A stretch of 64,000 nucleotides of DNA, from assembly GCA_046538485.1 (NCBI GenBank), contig JBKHIT010000018.1, positions 11,603-75,602 of the forward strand. Reading direction: 5' to 3'. Under the pieces are notes generated by a model. The model was given only the letters and a program-made list of their open reading frames with translations. It had not been told where the DNA came from and did no database searches. This DNA is from Candidatus Brocadiia bacterium. GTDB taxonomy: Bacteria > Planctomycetota > Brocadiia > SM23-32. Shown here piece after piece: positions 19,982-29,455 of this stretch (position 1 is its first letter; each line of letters starts with the position of its first letter). A program made the translations under genes and the position numbers.

Positions 19982-20686
19982 ATGACAAAACCAGATTCCA
20001 GTGTGCCTGCGATGATATCCGCGGGATGGGTGCGGCCCCGGAGTGGAGGCCATTGGACCGGAGACGCATGCGACGAAGCACCGGTCGCAGACGTGAACGA
20101 GCTTTTTACAAAAGAAATTCTCAATCATACAAATGTAAAAAATCACGGTCGATTTCCGGATGGCACACGAGCGGTCTGTTCGGCCTGCGCTCTGGCATTG
20201 AAAGGCGCCGGACTCTGGCCAGGAGACCAAAAGAGACCAAACACCGGTCTTCTGATCGCCGGATACGATCACACATTGATGCAGAACTGCTCTTTTTTTC
20301 AGGACTACATTGATAACGATAGGATAATAGCCCGTGGACAGCTATTCATCTACACCCTCCCGACAAGCGCGGTTGCTGAAGCGGCCATCCTGCTCAAAGC
20401 AGAAGGTCCTCTGCTCTTCGAAGAATCCGGAAAAGCACCTTTCGCGAATTTGTTGAACGTGGGGGAGGGCCTTATCAACTCCGGGCAGGCCGAACGGATG
20501 ATGCTTGTCTGGCAGAATACCGAAACGACTCTCTGCGGTCTGCTCGATGGCACATCGGCCGGGGCCAGCGGGAATTCGAATCAACATCTGATAACAATTG
20601 CCCAGAAATGGAATAACCCCGTCGACGGAATTGACTTTTTTCGCGACCAAACATCGGGCAGAAACGAAAAAGAAAGAACGACATGA
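19982..20686 (+). CDS. KS N-terminal-like domain protein (half-size, non-catalytic KS partner)
   Basis: ~234 aa from ATG 19982. It resembles only the N-terminal thiolase half (RAVCSACALALKGAG, LFIYTLPTSAVAEAAILLKAEGP) and has no His-His C-terminal half. Confidence 0.55.
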   Translation: MTKPDSSVPAMISAGWVRPRSGGHWTGDACDEAPVADVNELFTKEILNHTNVKNHGRFPDGTRAVCSACALALKGAGLWPGDQKRPNTGLLIAGYDHTLMQNCSFFQDYIDNDRIIARGQLFIYTLPTSAVAEAAILLKAEGPLLFEESGKAPFANLLNVGEGLINSGQAERMMLVWQNTETTLCGLLDGTSAGASGNSNQHLITIAQKWNNPVDGIDFFRDQTSGRNEKERTT

Positions 20687-21933
20687 TGAAGGTTAAACTG
20701 ATTTACCCAAGGTGGCCAAAACTCAGAAACCAACCGGAGTTTGACCTCCCACCTCACGCCCCTGTTGTGGTTGCAGCGGCCTTTCCAGACGACGTTGAAA
20801 TATCTTTCTGCGATGAAAACGTCTCCGAATTGAACTTCCAGGAAGACGCCGACCTGATCGCCATTTCCTGCCTGCTGACCTGTCAGATGCCCCGGGCCTG
20901 GGAGATTGGTGACCGCTACCGGGAATTGGGCAAACCCGTGATTTTCGGTGGGATCGGCACAATGCTCCACGCCGATGAGACCCAACAGCACGCCGACAGC
21001 GTTTTTATCGGCGAAGCCGAGGGGCGAATAGAAGAAGTAATCAGAGATGCCAAACACGATGAGCTAAAACCGCGTTACGACTATTTCCACGATTGGCCCG
21101 ACCTCGAAACCGTCGGTCCGGCACGACGCGATATTTTGGAAAAGGAAAAATACAGCTTCCGAAACGTTCAAATGGTCGACCTTGTCCACGCGTCCCGAGG
21201 ATGCCGGTTCAACTGTTTCCCCTGCTGCACCCCGTATCTGGGCGGTCGCCAGTTCCGCCCTCGTCCCATGGATAAAGTCGTCGAAGAAGTCGCCGGGATC
21301 GAGAACAACCGTCTGTTTTTTGTCGACAATTCGATGGCCCAGGATGACGAGTGGGAGAAAGAACTTTTCCGGGCTATCGCCCCGCTGAAAAAAAAGTGGA
21401 TCTCCCATCCAATCAAAGATGATCCGGAAATCATGGATCTGGCCGCCGAAGCCGGTTGCTGGTACGTCTATCAAGCCATTATCAACACCTCTGAGGTCAT
21501 CGCTAACCGCATTCGGCGTCTCAAGGAACGCGGGATCGGCGTCGAAGGAACCGTCATCCTTGGCACAGACGATCAGGATGTGGATTCCATAAAACGTCTC
21601 GTAGACTTTCTGCTTGAGCTGGAACTCGACCTGGCAGAATTTACCATACTTACACCTTTCCCCGAGACCCCAATCCGGCGCGAATATGAGGAGCAAAATC
21701 GCATACTCAGTAACGATTGGATCAAATATACCTGCGACGAAACGGTTTTCCAGCCCGCCCAATTGACCATCGATGAACTCTACGAAATGTATGAATACGC
21801 CTGGGATCAATTTTACTCCGACTGCAGCATCGAACTGAAAATGGCCAAACTTTACGTCGATGTGATCAGCAAGGAAAAAGCCGACGGCACTTATAAAGGA
21901 ACCAAAGACTCCGGGCCAAAATGGGGGCGCTAA
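20683..21933 (+). CDS. B12-binding-domain radical SAM enzyme (class B) 1
   Basis: 416 aa with an N-terminal Rossmann-like B12-binding region (KVKLIYP...DLIAISCLL...VIFGGIG) and CX3CX2C = CRFNCFPC. ATGA overlap upstream. Confidence 0.85.
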   Translation: MMKVKLIYPRWPKLRNQPEFDLPPHAPVVVAAAFPDDVEISFCDENVSELNFQEDADLIAISCLLTCQMPRAWEIGDRYRELGKPVIFGGIGTMLHADETQQHADSVFIGEAEGRIEEVIRDAKHDELKPRYDYFHDWPDLETVGPARRDILEKEKYSFRNVQMVDLVHASRGCRFNCFPCCTPYLGGRQFRPRPMDKVVEEVAGIENNRLFFVDNSMAQDDEWEKELFRAIAPLKKKWISHPIKDDPEIMDLAAEAGCWYVYQAIINTSEVIANRIRRLKERGIGVEGTVILGTDDQDVDSIKRLVDFLLELELDLAEFTILTPFPETPIRREYEEQNRILSNDWIKYTCDETVFQPAQLTIDELYEMYEYAWDQFYSDCSIELKMAKLYVDVISKEKADGTYKGTKDSGPKWGR

Positions 21934-21938
21934 AAAGA

Positions 21939-23285
21939 ATGAAAATTCTGCTGATATCTGCCAATACCGCAAAGATGCCCTACCCGGTTTATCCCCTCGG
22001 GTTGAGTATCGTCGCCGCCGCAGCCCGGGAAGCCGGTCACCAGGTGCAATATTTCGATTTTCTCCAGAGTGATATGTCGTTCAGCGCGCTGGAAAAAACT
22101 ATCGAAAAAGAATCGCCAGACGTGATCGGAATCTCAATACGTAACATCGATAATGTCAATATCCTGCGCGAAGAATGCTACCTCGAAAAGGTACGGCGTA
22201 TCGTCGAATTGCTGCGGGAAATATCAAACGCCAAAATTGTGCTCGGTGGCTCGGCTTTTTCCATTATGCCGGAACCAATACTCAAAACCGTTGGCGGAGA
22301 CTACGGAATCTGCGGAGAAGGCGAACAGGTCTTCGTCCGGTTCCTCAATGAAGCCGAAAAAGGGAATTACCCGCCGACCGGCACTATCCTGTCAGGCGAC
22401 GACTACCTCGGGGGTGATGCCATGCCTTCCCCTTACTACGAAAAGGACCTGCTGGCAAGATACCTGGAAAGCGGCAGCGTAACTCCTGTCCAGACCAAAC
22501 GCGGCTGCCCCCATAACTGCCTCTATTGCTCCTACCCGGCGCTGGAAGGACACAAGCTGCGCCCACGCGATCCCGTCCAGGTCGTCGACGATATCGAAGC
22601 CCTGCAGAACGAACATGAAGTGAGTTATGTTTTTTTTACGGATTCCGTCTTCAATGACAGCAAAGGCCTCTTCCTGGAAGTTGTGCGGGAGATGAAAAAA
22701 AGAGGGATCAGAATCCCCTGGTCCGCATTCTTCAACCCTGCAAACATCACACCGGAAAACGTGGCGGAGATGAAAGAAACGGGACTGCGTGCCGCGGAGG
22801 TGGGTTCCGATGCCGCCTGTGACGAAACACTCAAAGGCCAGCGCAAACCTTTCACCTGGGCGGATGTGATCAGAGCAAACGACATCTTTCGAGACGGCGG
22901 CGTTTCAACGGCACACTATTTCATGTTCGGGGGACCCGGCGAAACCCGCGAAACTGTCAAAAAAGGAATCGAAAACATAAAAAACCTCGATTGTTCCGCC
23001 GTTTTCGTGTTCCTGGGCATACGCATCTTGCCGCGCACCGAATTGAAGGAAGTCGCAATTCGCGAAAGCCTCGTCTCTGCCGACAATGAGCTGCTGGAAC
23101 CGGTTTACTACTTTTCGCCGGCACTGGATCGGGACTGGCTCGAGAAAACGCTCAACGAAGCTTTCGAGCCGCTTCGATACGTCGTGTACCCTCCCAACGC
23201 AATGGATGACAAACTCCAGATGCTCCACAAACTCGGCCATACCGGCGCGCTCTGGGACCTGCTGTCCGCATTGCCAGAAAATTAA
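21939..23285 (+). CDS. B12-binding-domain radical SAM enzyme (class B) 2
   Basis: MKILLISANTAKMPYPVYPLGLSIVAAAAREAGHQV... (B12-binding-like) and CX3CX2C = CPHNCLYC. An alternative start at 21921 is possible. Confidence 0.85.
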   Translation: MKILLISANTAKMPYPVYPLGLSIVAAAAREAGHQVQYFDFLQSDMSFSALEKTIEKESPDVIGISIRNIDNVNILREECYLEKVRRIVELLREISNAKIVLGGSAFSIMPEPILKTVGGDYGICGEGEQVFVRFLNEAEKGNYPPTGTILSGDDYLGGDAMPSPYYEKDLLARYLESGSVTPVQTKRGCPHNCLYCSYPALEGHKLRPRDPVQVVDDIEALQNEHEVSYVFFTDSVFNDSKGLFLEVVREMKKRGIRIPWSAFFNPANITPENVAEMKETGLRAAEVGSDAACDETLKGQRKPFTWADVIRANDIFRDGGVSTAHYFMFGGPGETRETVKKGIENIKNLDCSAVFVFLGIRILPRTELKEVAIRESLVSADNELLEPVYYFSPALDRDWLEKTLNEAFEPLRYVVYPPNAMDDKLQMLHKLGHTGALWDLLSALPEN

Positions 23286-23354
23286 CCGTCTCCCGTTGAT
23301 AGCAACGGTCAGCGTGATTATACTTAATGGTCGATTTCCTTTGATAAAACTCGA

Positions 23355-23690
23355 ATGGTGAGCGCAACATCGGAAGCTGTTCTCGGAAAAAGGATTCCAA
23401 TTTTGGGCAAAGATATCGACGAACTCAAAAAAGAACTGAAAAGACTCCTGATCCAGGATCTGTCACTTGAAGATATTGAACCGGAAGATATCGAAGATGA
23501 TACCCCGCTGTTCGGAGATGAAGGAGTAGGGCTCGATTCACTCGATGGCGTGGAACTGGTCGTCATGCTTCAAAGAAATTACGGTCTGGAAGTCAAAGAA
23601 ATGCAAAAGGGTATGGAAATTTTCCAGACCATCAATACACTCGCCGACTACGTAATGGAAAATGCCGAGAAATATCCATCAAATTCCTGA
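23355..23690 (+). CDS. acyl carrier protein (ACP2)
   Basis: Motif DEGVGLDSLDGVELVVML. The exact start is uncertain. Confidence 0.8.
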   Translation: MVSATSEAVLGKRIPILGKDIDELKKELKRLLIQDLSLEDIEPEDIEDDTPLFGDEGVGLDSLDGVELVVMLQRNYGLEVKEMQKGMEIFQTINTLADYVMENAEKYPSNS

Positions 23691-23884
23691 CCCGAACTGG
23701 CCTGACGTTCGCTTTCCGATTCCCGCCACGCTTATCCCCCGGCACGAGCAGATTTCGATCTCAAGAACTGACAAAGATAGATAGCTGTGCGGAGTTCCGA
23801 AAAACAGAGCGGTTTTGAATTTTCCGCTCCGTCCTTTTAATTGCCATGCGGTTTCCCCAATAGTGGGATTAGAGCCAGCTCCTG

Positions 23885-25066
23885 ATGCTACCTCCCATTT
23901 ATATCACCGGTATAGGGCTTATATCCGCCGCCGGCGGCGATGTGTCGCAGACGTTGTCCTCCTTCAGGAACGGTGCCCCGGCTGCCGAACCGAAACCTTT
24001 CTCCGAAACAACCCTCGATTGCCCCGCTTTCCCGGCGGCCCAAAAGCCCCGATCCTCGCTCTGCCAGACCGATTGCCCGTCCCGAACCGTCGTCCTCGCC
24101 CTCCACGCCGTCGAAGAGGCACTCGAACGCGCCGGTCGACCCGACCGCGAAACAACCCTGCGAATCGGGGTCTGTATGGGCACAACCGTCGCCTGCCAGT
24201 TGAACAATCTCCGGTTCTACAAACAGTTTCGACAGACCTCCAGACCGTCCCTCGAACCGGTCCGTGATTTTCTCAATGGCAACCTCGCTCAATTTGTGGC
24301 CGCTTCACTCGATGCCCATGGCCCACGGGCAACCGTCGTAAACGCCTGCTCATCGGGCGCCGATGCCATAGGAATGGCTGTTCACTGGTTACAAAATGAC
24401 CTCTGTGATATCGCGGTGGCCGGTGGAGCCGACGAACTGAATCGAATCCCCATCTGCGGTTTCCACTCGCTCGGAATTATGAGCGACAATCCCTGCAAAC
24501 CCTTCGACAGAAACCGCGAGGGACTGAACCTCGGCGAAGGTGCCGGCGCGCTCGTGCTCGAAAGCGAAACCTCCGCGCGGAAACGCGGTCGAGAGCAAGA
24601 ACTGTTCCTGAAATCATACGCGGCCGGATGCGATGCCCACCATATCACTGCCCCGCACCCGGAAGGCGTGGGTCTGAAACTCGCGCTGGAATACGCCCTG
24701 AAATCGGCAGAGATCAAGCCGGACGATATCGCCTTTGTCAACGCTCACGGCACTGCCACCCCTGATAACGACCAGGTCGAGGGAAACGTGCTCGCCGAAT
24801 TTTTCGGCGAAGACCTCGTTTTCCTGTCCACAAAAGGATACACCGGCCATACGCTGGGCGCGGCGGGCGCGCTCGAAGCCGGTTTCACCGCCCTCGCCCT
24901 GCAAGTGGGCTGGCTCCCGGCTAATCGGGGCTTCCAAAACGCCGATCCCGATATCCCGATCTCCCCCCTCGTCGAGAAGACTCCGATCGTGGGCCGGGCC
25001 GCCGTTTCAACATCCCTCGCCTTCGGAGGCAACAACGCAGCCATCGTCATCGGGAGGGGAACATGA
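23885..25066 (+). CDS. beta-ketoacyl-ACP synthase (KS2, catalytically complete)
   Basis: VVNACSSGADA, CDAHHITAP, VNAHGTATPDND, GHTLGAAG. Confidence 0.9.
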   Translation: MLPPIYITGIGLISAAGGDVSQTLSSFRNGAPAAEPKPFSETTLDCPAFPAAQKPRSSLCQTDCPSRTVVLALHAVEEALERAGRPDRETTLRIGVCMGTTVACQLNNLRFYKQFRQTSRPSLEPVRDFLNGNLAQFVAASLDAHGPRATVVNACSSGADAIGMAVHWLQNDLCDIAVAGGADELNRIPICGFHSLGIMSDNPCKPFDRNREGLNLGEGAGALVLESETSARKRGREQELFLKSYAAGCDAHHITAPHPEGVGLKLALEYALKSAEIKPDDIAFVNAHGTATPDNDQVEGNVLAEFFGEDLVFLSTKGYTGHTLGAAGALEAGFTALALQVGWLPANRGFQNADPDIPISPLVEKTPIVGRAAVSTSLAFGGNNAAIVIGRGT

Positions 25067-26115
25067 TGGAGATCCAAGGATCAGGTGTAGTTTTCACCCA
25101 CGGTCGCGGGACGGAAGATCTGGACAAGATTTTGCGGGAAAATTGGATCCCCCCGGAGCGGCAGGATGTTCCGGGTCGCGACGCGCCAATGCCCGCATTC
25201 CGGGTGCCCAAAGAAACGCTCAAAGATAAAACCACCCTCAAGGGTATGCGCCGGGCGGATCGGCTCAGCCGGATGGCAACTCTCGCGGCCGCCGATGCCT
25301 GGCAAACGGCTTCGCTTGAAAACACCAATCCGGCGCGGGTGGGAATCATCCTCGCCACCGCCCTGGGGCCTCACGCCCGGACGTTTCAATTCCTCGACAA
25401 TATACTGGATTTCGGTGACGAGGCGGTCTCCCCAACAATTTTTTCGCATTCGGTGCACAACGCGGCGGCCTCGTATATCGCCACCACCCTCAATGTGCAC
25501 GGACCGGTCCTGACGGTCACGGATTTTGATTTTGCGTTCCAACAGGCGCTCGCTACCGCCCGGTGCTGGCTTGATCAGGACCGCTGTGATGCCGTGCTGG
25601 CCGGCACGGCCGAAGAACTCGGAGAAGTTATGCTCCACGTCTGCGGACGGATGGTCACAATGCCTGACAATGGAAGACCCAGACCGCTGGCTTTCGCCGA
25701 AAATCCCGTCATCGTCCCCGGGGAAGGAGCGGCTTTCTTCGTGCTCACCTCGGAAACCAGAGGTGAAGGAAGAGTTTCAGTAACGACCGCCAAATCCGAA
25801 AACGATGCGGACCTGACAATCCTCGATGCAGAGGGGCTTTCGGGATCGGAGATGGCTTATCGGGACCTCTTGCCAGAGACGGGCCAGGTGGCCAATTATT
25901 GCCCCGTGTTCGGAAGTATGATGACCGGCACCGCCCTGCAATGCACCATCGCGGAACTATCACTGCGAGGCCAGATGCGATACGCGAGTCCCCTGACAAA
26001 GGGGAAAGACCAACGGGCAGTATGCCTGGAAACGGGTCCTGCAGAGTTAAAAACTATTCGATGCGCCAAAGTCGGACGAGATGAGACGGTTCAAACGATT
26101 ACGCTCCGCCGGTAA
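25063..26115 (+). CDS. KS-like protein lacking catalytic residues (chain-length-factor-like partner of KS2)
   Basis: 350-aa thiolase-fold paralogue. The KS active-site position reads TVTDFDFAF (no Cys), and DAEGLSG replaces NAHGT. ATGA overlap with KS2. Confidence 0.7.
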   Translation: MMEIQGSGVVFTHGRGTEDLDKILRENWIPPERQDVPGRDAPMPAFRVPKETLKDKTTLKGMRRADRLSRMATLAAADAWQTASLENTNPARVGIILATALGPHARTFQFLDNILDFGDEAVSPTIFSHSVHNAAASYIATTLNVHGPVLTVTDFDFAFQQALATARCWLDQDRCDAVLAGTAEELGEVMLHVCGRMVTMPDNGRPRPLAFAENPVIVPGEGAAFFVLTSETRGEGRVSVTTAKSENDADLTILDAEGLSGSEMAYRDLLPETGQVANYCPVFGSMMTGTALQCTIAELSLRGQMRYASPLTKGKDQRAVCLETGPAELKTIRCAKVGRDETVQTITLRR

Positions 26116-26138
26116 ATGCGGCGACATGGATTGGATGA

Positions 26139-26405
26139 GTGAAAATGGCAGAAACTGAAAACGTCGAAAAGATCGAAGAGATTCTTCTCCGGGAAATTGC
26201 TACAATACTCTCCATGGGGGAGGCGGAGATCACGCCCACAACACCACTGGCCTCGGTAGGCATGGATTCCATCCGGTTTGTCGAAGTCCTTCTTCTCATC
26301 GAGCGAGAATTCGACGTGGAACTCATTAAATCTCAGTTGAGTCGCGACGACGTCAAAGACATCGCCTCACTCGCCCGCTCCATCCACGCCGCGAAACAAC
26401 AGTAA
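26139..26405 (+). CDS. acyl carrier protein (ACP3)
   Basis: Motif LASVGMDSIRFVEVLLL. The start is either GTG 26139 or ATG 26145. Confidence 0.8.
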   Translation: MKMAETENVEKIEEILLREIATILSMGEAEITPTTPLASVGMDSIRFVEVLLLIEREFDVELIKSQLSRDDVKDIASLARSIHAAKQQ

Positions 26406-26621
26406 ACAGTCGGCATCGGATTGGGGGGCGATGCCTGGAAACGTTGATAGCCCCTCCCACGTAATCCGGCGCGATTCGTGCCCGCCGCACTCCAGAGCCG
26501 GCTCCGCCGGCGGGGTGCATACCTCGGCCGGTTTTGAGACCTCCCGCCGCAAAGAACATTTTCCCCAACCCGGAGATGTTGGTGCAATCGGCCTGGGTGC
26601 TGTCCCGCGCGCCAACGGCGC

Positions 26622-26730
26622 GCTGTGGAGTGCGGTGTGTTGCGACGCGGCTGTGCCGCGACGCACTCACCGCTGTGCCGTTTGTCTCGTCATGAAACAA
26701 CTCAAAAACATCGCTTGTCCCCCCGGTCCG
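26622..26730 (+). repeat. 109-bp direct repeat, copy 1 (flanks the DUF1559 gene)
   Basis: Aligns to 27901-28009 with 97/109 identical positions by manual alignment, including a 36-nt perfect block tgccgcgacgcactcaccgctgtgccgtttgtctcg. It contains an imperfect hairpin tgcgRcgcggc-NNN-gccgcgacgca. Confidence 0.85.
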
Positions 26731-26784
26731 ATGTTGTGGACAAGTTGAACAGATCATCGTCGCCTTGCCCGCCACTTACTTCCG

Positions 26785-27681
26785 CTAATCCAGCCACTTC
26801 GTGTCAAGAACAAGTGTATTGAAGCTGTTCGGATCGGGGTAATAAGCCGAACGGGGATAGTGGGCAGCGTTGCCCCCCACGAACATCATGTTCGCTCCAT
26901 CAAGATGGTGCAGCCCGACAGTATGAACAGGGTGGTACTTAGATGGGACGTTACTGGGCCAGGTTGCGGAACCACCGACCAGCGAACACGCCTCAATGTC
27001 GGTGTAATGGCGTGCTCCCCACGACATTGGTCCGCCACACTCAGAGCTTTCAGGAACACATCCCCATGTCTGACCATTCTCATTATGTGGATTCCCACTG
27101 ACGAGAAGCGCGTGTGTGGTCGCAAGATTCCTCATTCTCCTGGCACGCACAATACAACCGTCCGTGTAGCGGAGGTGGTTGCGCCAGGTGCCCCCCTGCG
27201 TGAGAGACGTGCTCGTGGCCGGCATTTTGTAATCCACACCGTATCCCCATCCCCACCACCAGCCTCCGCCTCTTGGCCTTGATTCCGGAGGTTTGAGCGC
27301 CGGACACTGAAGCAGCGGAACATTGGGCCTCACCTGCGTATACATAAACGACTGGCTACCGGGCTGGTACTCGGGACCGCTCTGCAGATAGGTGTAGACG
27401 ATCGGCCAGAAATTGATGGTGTTCGTAAATTCACTGTATCTTCCGTTGTGCTCGGGGGAATCCGGCCGACACCACTCGGAATCATTGGGAAGCATACCCT
27501 CGTGGTCATTCGCGAACATCTGGAACCCCAAACCGATCTCGCGCAACTGGGAAATACAGCTTATGGAACGAGCCGCTGCCCGCGCCCTCTCCAGTGCCGG
27601 CATCAACATTGCGGCCAGAATGGCTATGATTGCAATAACAACAAGAAGTTCTATTAAGGTAAATGCCTCTTTCTCTCTCAT
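26785..27681 (-). CDS. prepilin-type N-terminal cleavage/methylation protein, DUF1559-like (type II secretion pseudopilin-like)
   Basis: Start at ATG 27681 (GGAGG 9 nt upstream). [30 protein letters not shown] is the class-III signal/methylation motif. The C-terminal [13 protein letters not shown] block is as in planctomycete DUF1559 proteins. Confidence 0.85.
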   Translation of the reverse strand: MREKEAFTLIELLVVIAIIAILAAMLMPALERARAAARSISCISQLREIGLGFQMFANDHEGMLPNDSEWCRPDSPEHNGRYSEFTNTINFWPIVYTYLQSGPEYQPGSQSFMYTQVRPNVPLLQCPALKPPESRPRGGGWWWGWGYGVDYKMPATSTSLTQGGTWRNHLRYTDGCIVRARRMRNLATTHALLVSGNPHNENGQTWGCVPESSECGGPMSWGARHYTDIEACSLVGGSATWPSNVPSKYHPVHTVGLHHLDGANMMFVGGNAAHYPRSAYYPDPNSFNTLVLDTKWLD

Positions 27682-27900
27682 CTCCCGCACCCTCCCTTTT
27701 TGATAAAACCCACAATCCAACGTCGAGATTAATATCCCCCCCAAAATTACAAAACTGTTATCCACCCACTTCGCTTTGTGCATTTTTATAGCAAAATTCA
27801 TACTCAACACCTGTAACTTAGTGTACCCCCTGCACAAAGTTTTTCAACCCCCGTGAATGCTATTTTGCTGCCGCTAAAAATCTACCCAACGGATCGGCAC

Positions 27901-28009
27901 GCTGTGGAGCGCGGTGCGTTGCGGCGCGGCTATGCCGCGACGCACTCACCGCTGTGCCGTTTGTCTCGCCATGAAAGAACCCAAAGACATCGCCTCTCCC
28001 CCAGATCCG
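27901..28009 (+). repeat. 109-bp direct repeat, copy 2
   Basis: See copy 1. Same orientation, on the other side of the pseudopilin gene. Confidence 0.85.
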
Positions 28010-28111
28010 AAAAAGACAAAAACGTCGTCCTTCACCTTGCGTTTTTTACCTCTCAAGCGATACTCTAACCAAACGCATCGACTTTGTACAAACACAAAAG
28101 CAAACATCCCT

Positions 28112-29455
28112 ATGGATATCTCGCTGCCCTGTTCCAGCCAAAAACGGTACCTCACCGGGATCGACTGGTCGATCAACGCACTTGACGCCATTACTAAACA
28201 GGCGACCGGACACGGAAACTCCTCGCAGGTAATCCTGGTCCTTAATGGACGGCTTGACCCCGCCGACCTCGCCGATCTGCTTCGAAAGATCTTCAAAGGC
28301 CATCCCGTTCTGAGCGGAAATCTCGGCCGCGATTGGAGTCTCTGCCCCTGCTGGCGCATGCCGGGAAAGCCCCCGCGCAACCTTCCACTGTCCGTAACCA
28401 CCGAAAAAGACGATTGGGAGGAAATATTCCTCCGGTTCCAGCGTCATGTTAACCAACCGTTCGCCGGAGAAAGACAACATCTTCACTTCCACCTGGTAAA
28501 CTGCGGATCCCGACGTTCTTACCTGGGAATGCACTTTGACCATCGTCTGCTCGACGCATTCGGGGCCGAAGCATTCCTTGAATTGATCCAGCAAACCCAC
28601 CAGGGGAAGCAATCGGCCATCACAGAACAGATCAGTCTGGTCGAAGACGCCCATCTCGATCATTGGGCGCGCCGTTTTCAGGGAGGCAAAGCCGTCAACC
28701 GCCTCCAGATTCGACTTTCACGCGGCGGAGTTGCGGCTTTCCCCACCCCCGCGCTTATCCCCCCTCTCTCAACACGGTTCAATCTGACGACACTCTCGGA
28801 AGAGGAGACCGAACAGCTTGTCGAACGTGCATTCGGCACCGCCGGCTATTTTATGCTGCTTCCCTCGCTGCTGGCGGGCGTGGTCAGAGCGCTTGACCGT
28901 CTGGCCCGAAAACGTGGGCGCCCGGCAGGTCACTACATAATCCCCGTCTCCGTTGTAAACCGCACACCGCAGGAAAAATGGGAAAAACTTTTTTTCAATC
29001 ACGTCTCCTTTATTATCTTCCAGATTCCCGTGAAATTGGCGCGCGAACGCTCGGGGCTGGTCAAATTTCTGCGGGATCGTCTCTACGATCACATGAAAAG
29101 CGGCACCCCCGACGATTTCTACCACGCGAGCATGCTGACTCGTATCGTCCCCCTCCCGCTGATGCGCATGCTGGCAAAAATACCAATGCGCGGACAGATC
29201 GGCACCAGCTATTTTGCCTGCCTGAAAGAATCCGGATACAATTCGTCCGAATTCATGGGACTCGAGGTCGAAAACCTGATCCACACCCCCCACGTGCCCC
29301 CGCCGCCGGGGGTCGGTGTCTTCCTGAACCAGTTCCGCGGGCGTTTCAATCTCATGCTGTCCCATCTTGAAGGCATCTTTTCTTCGGAAGAAGCCAGTAA
29401 ATTGACAACACAGATGAGGAGAGAACTCGTTGGCGAACCGACCGAAGACATTTGA
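28112..29455 (+). CDS. HxxxD acyltransferase, condensation-domain / WS-DGAT / PapA5-like
   Basis: ~447 aa from ATG 28112 (the ORF-track N-terminus runs through the repeat and is probably not translated). GMHFDHRLLDAFG matches the HHxxxDG-type catalytic motif of the CAT/condensation superfamily. Confidence 0.6.
   Translation: MDISLPCSSQKRYLTGIDWSINALDAITKQATGHGNSSQVILVLNGRLDPADLADLLRKIFKGHPVLSGNLGRDWSLCPCWRMPGKPPRNLPLSVTTEKDDWEEIFLRFQRHVNQPFAGERQHLHFHLVNCGSRRSYLGMHFDHRLLDAFGAEAFLELIQQTHQGKQSAITEQISLVEDAHLDHWARRFQGGKAVNRLQIRLSRGGVAAFPTPALIPPLSTRFNLTTLSEEETEQLVERAFGTAGYFMLLPSLLAGVVRALDRLARKRGRPAGHYIIPVSVVNRTPQEKWEKLFFNHVSFIIFQIPVKLARERSGLVKFLRDRLYDHMKSGTPDDFYHASMLTRIVPLPLMRMLAKIPMRGQIGTSYFACLKESGYNSSEFMGLEVENLIHTPHVPPPPGVGVFLNQFRGRFNLMLSHLEGIFSSEEASKLTTQMRRELVGEPTEDI

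Noticed and set aside
26406-28111. The repeat-flanked pseudopilin segment as a bona fide mobile element.
   Set aside because: It has no transposase, integrase or terminal inverted repeats. The repeats are direct and 89% identical. It is reported as a finding but not annotated as a mobile element.
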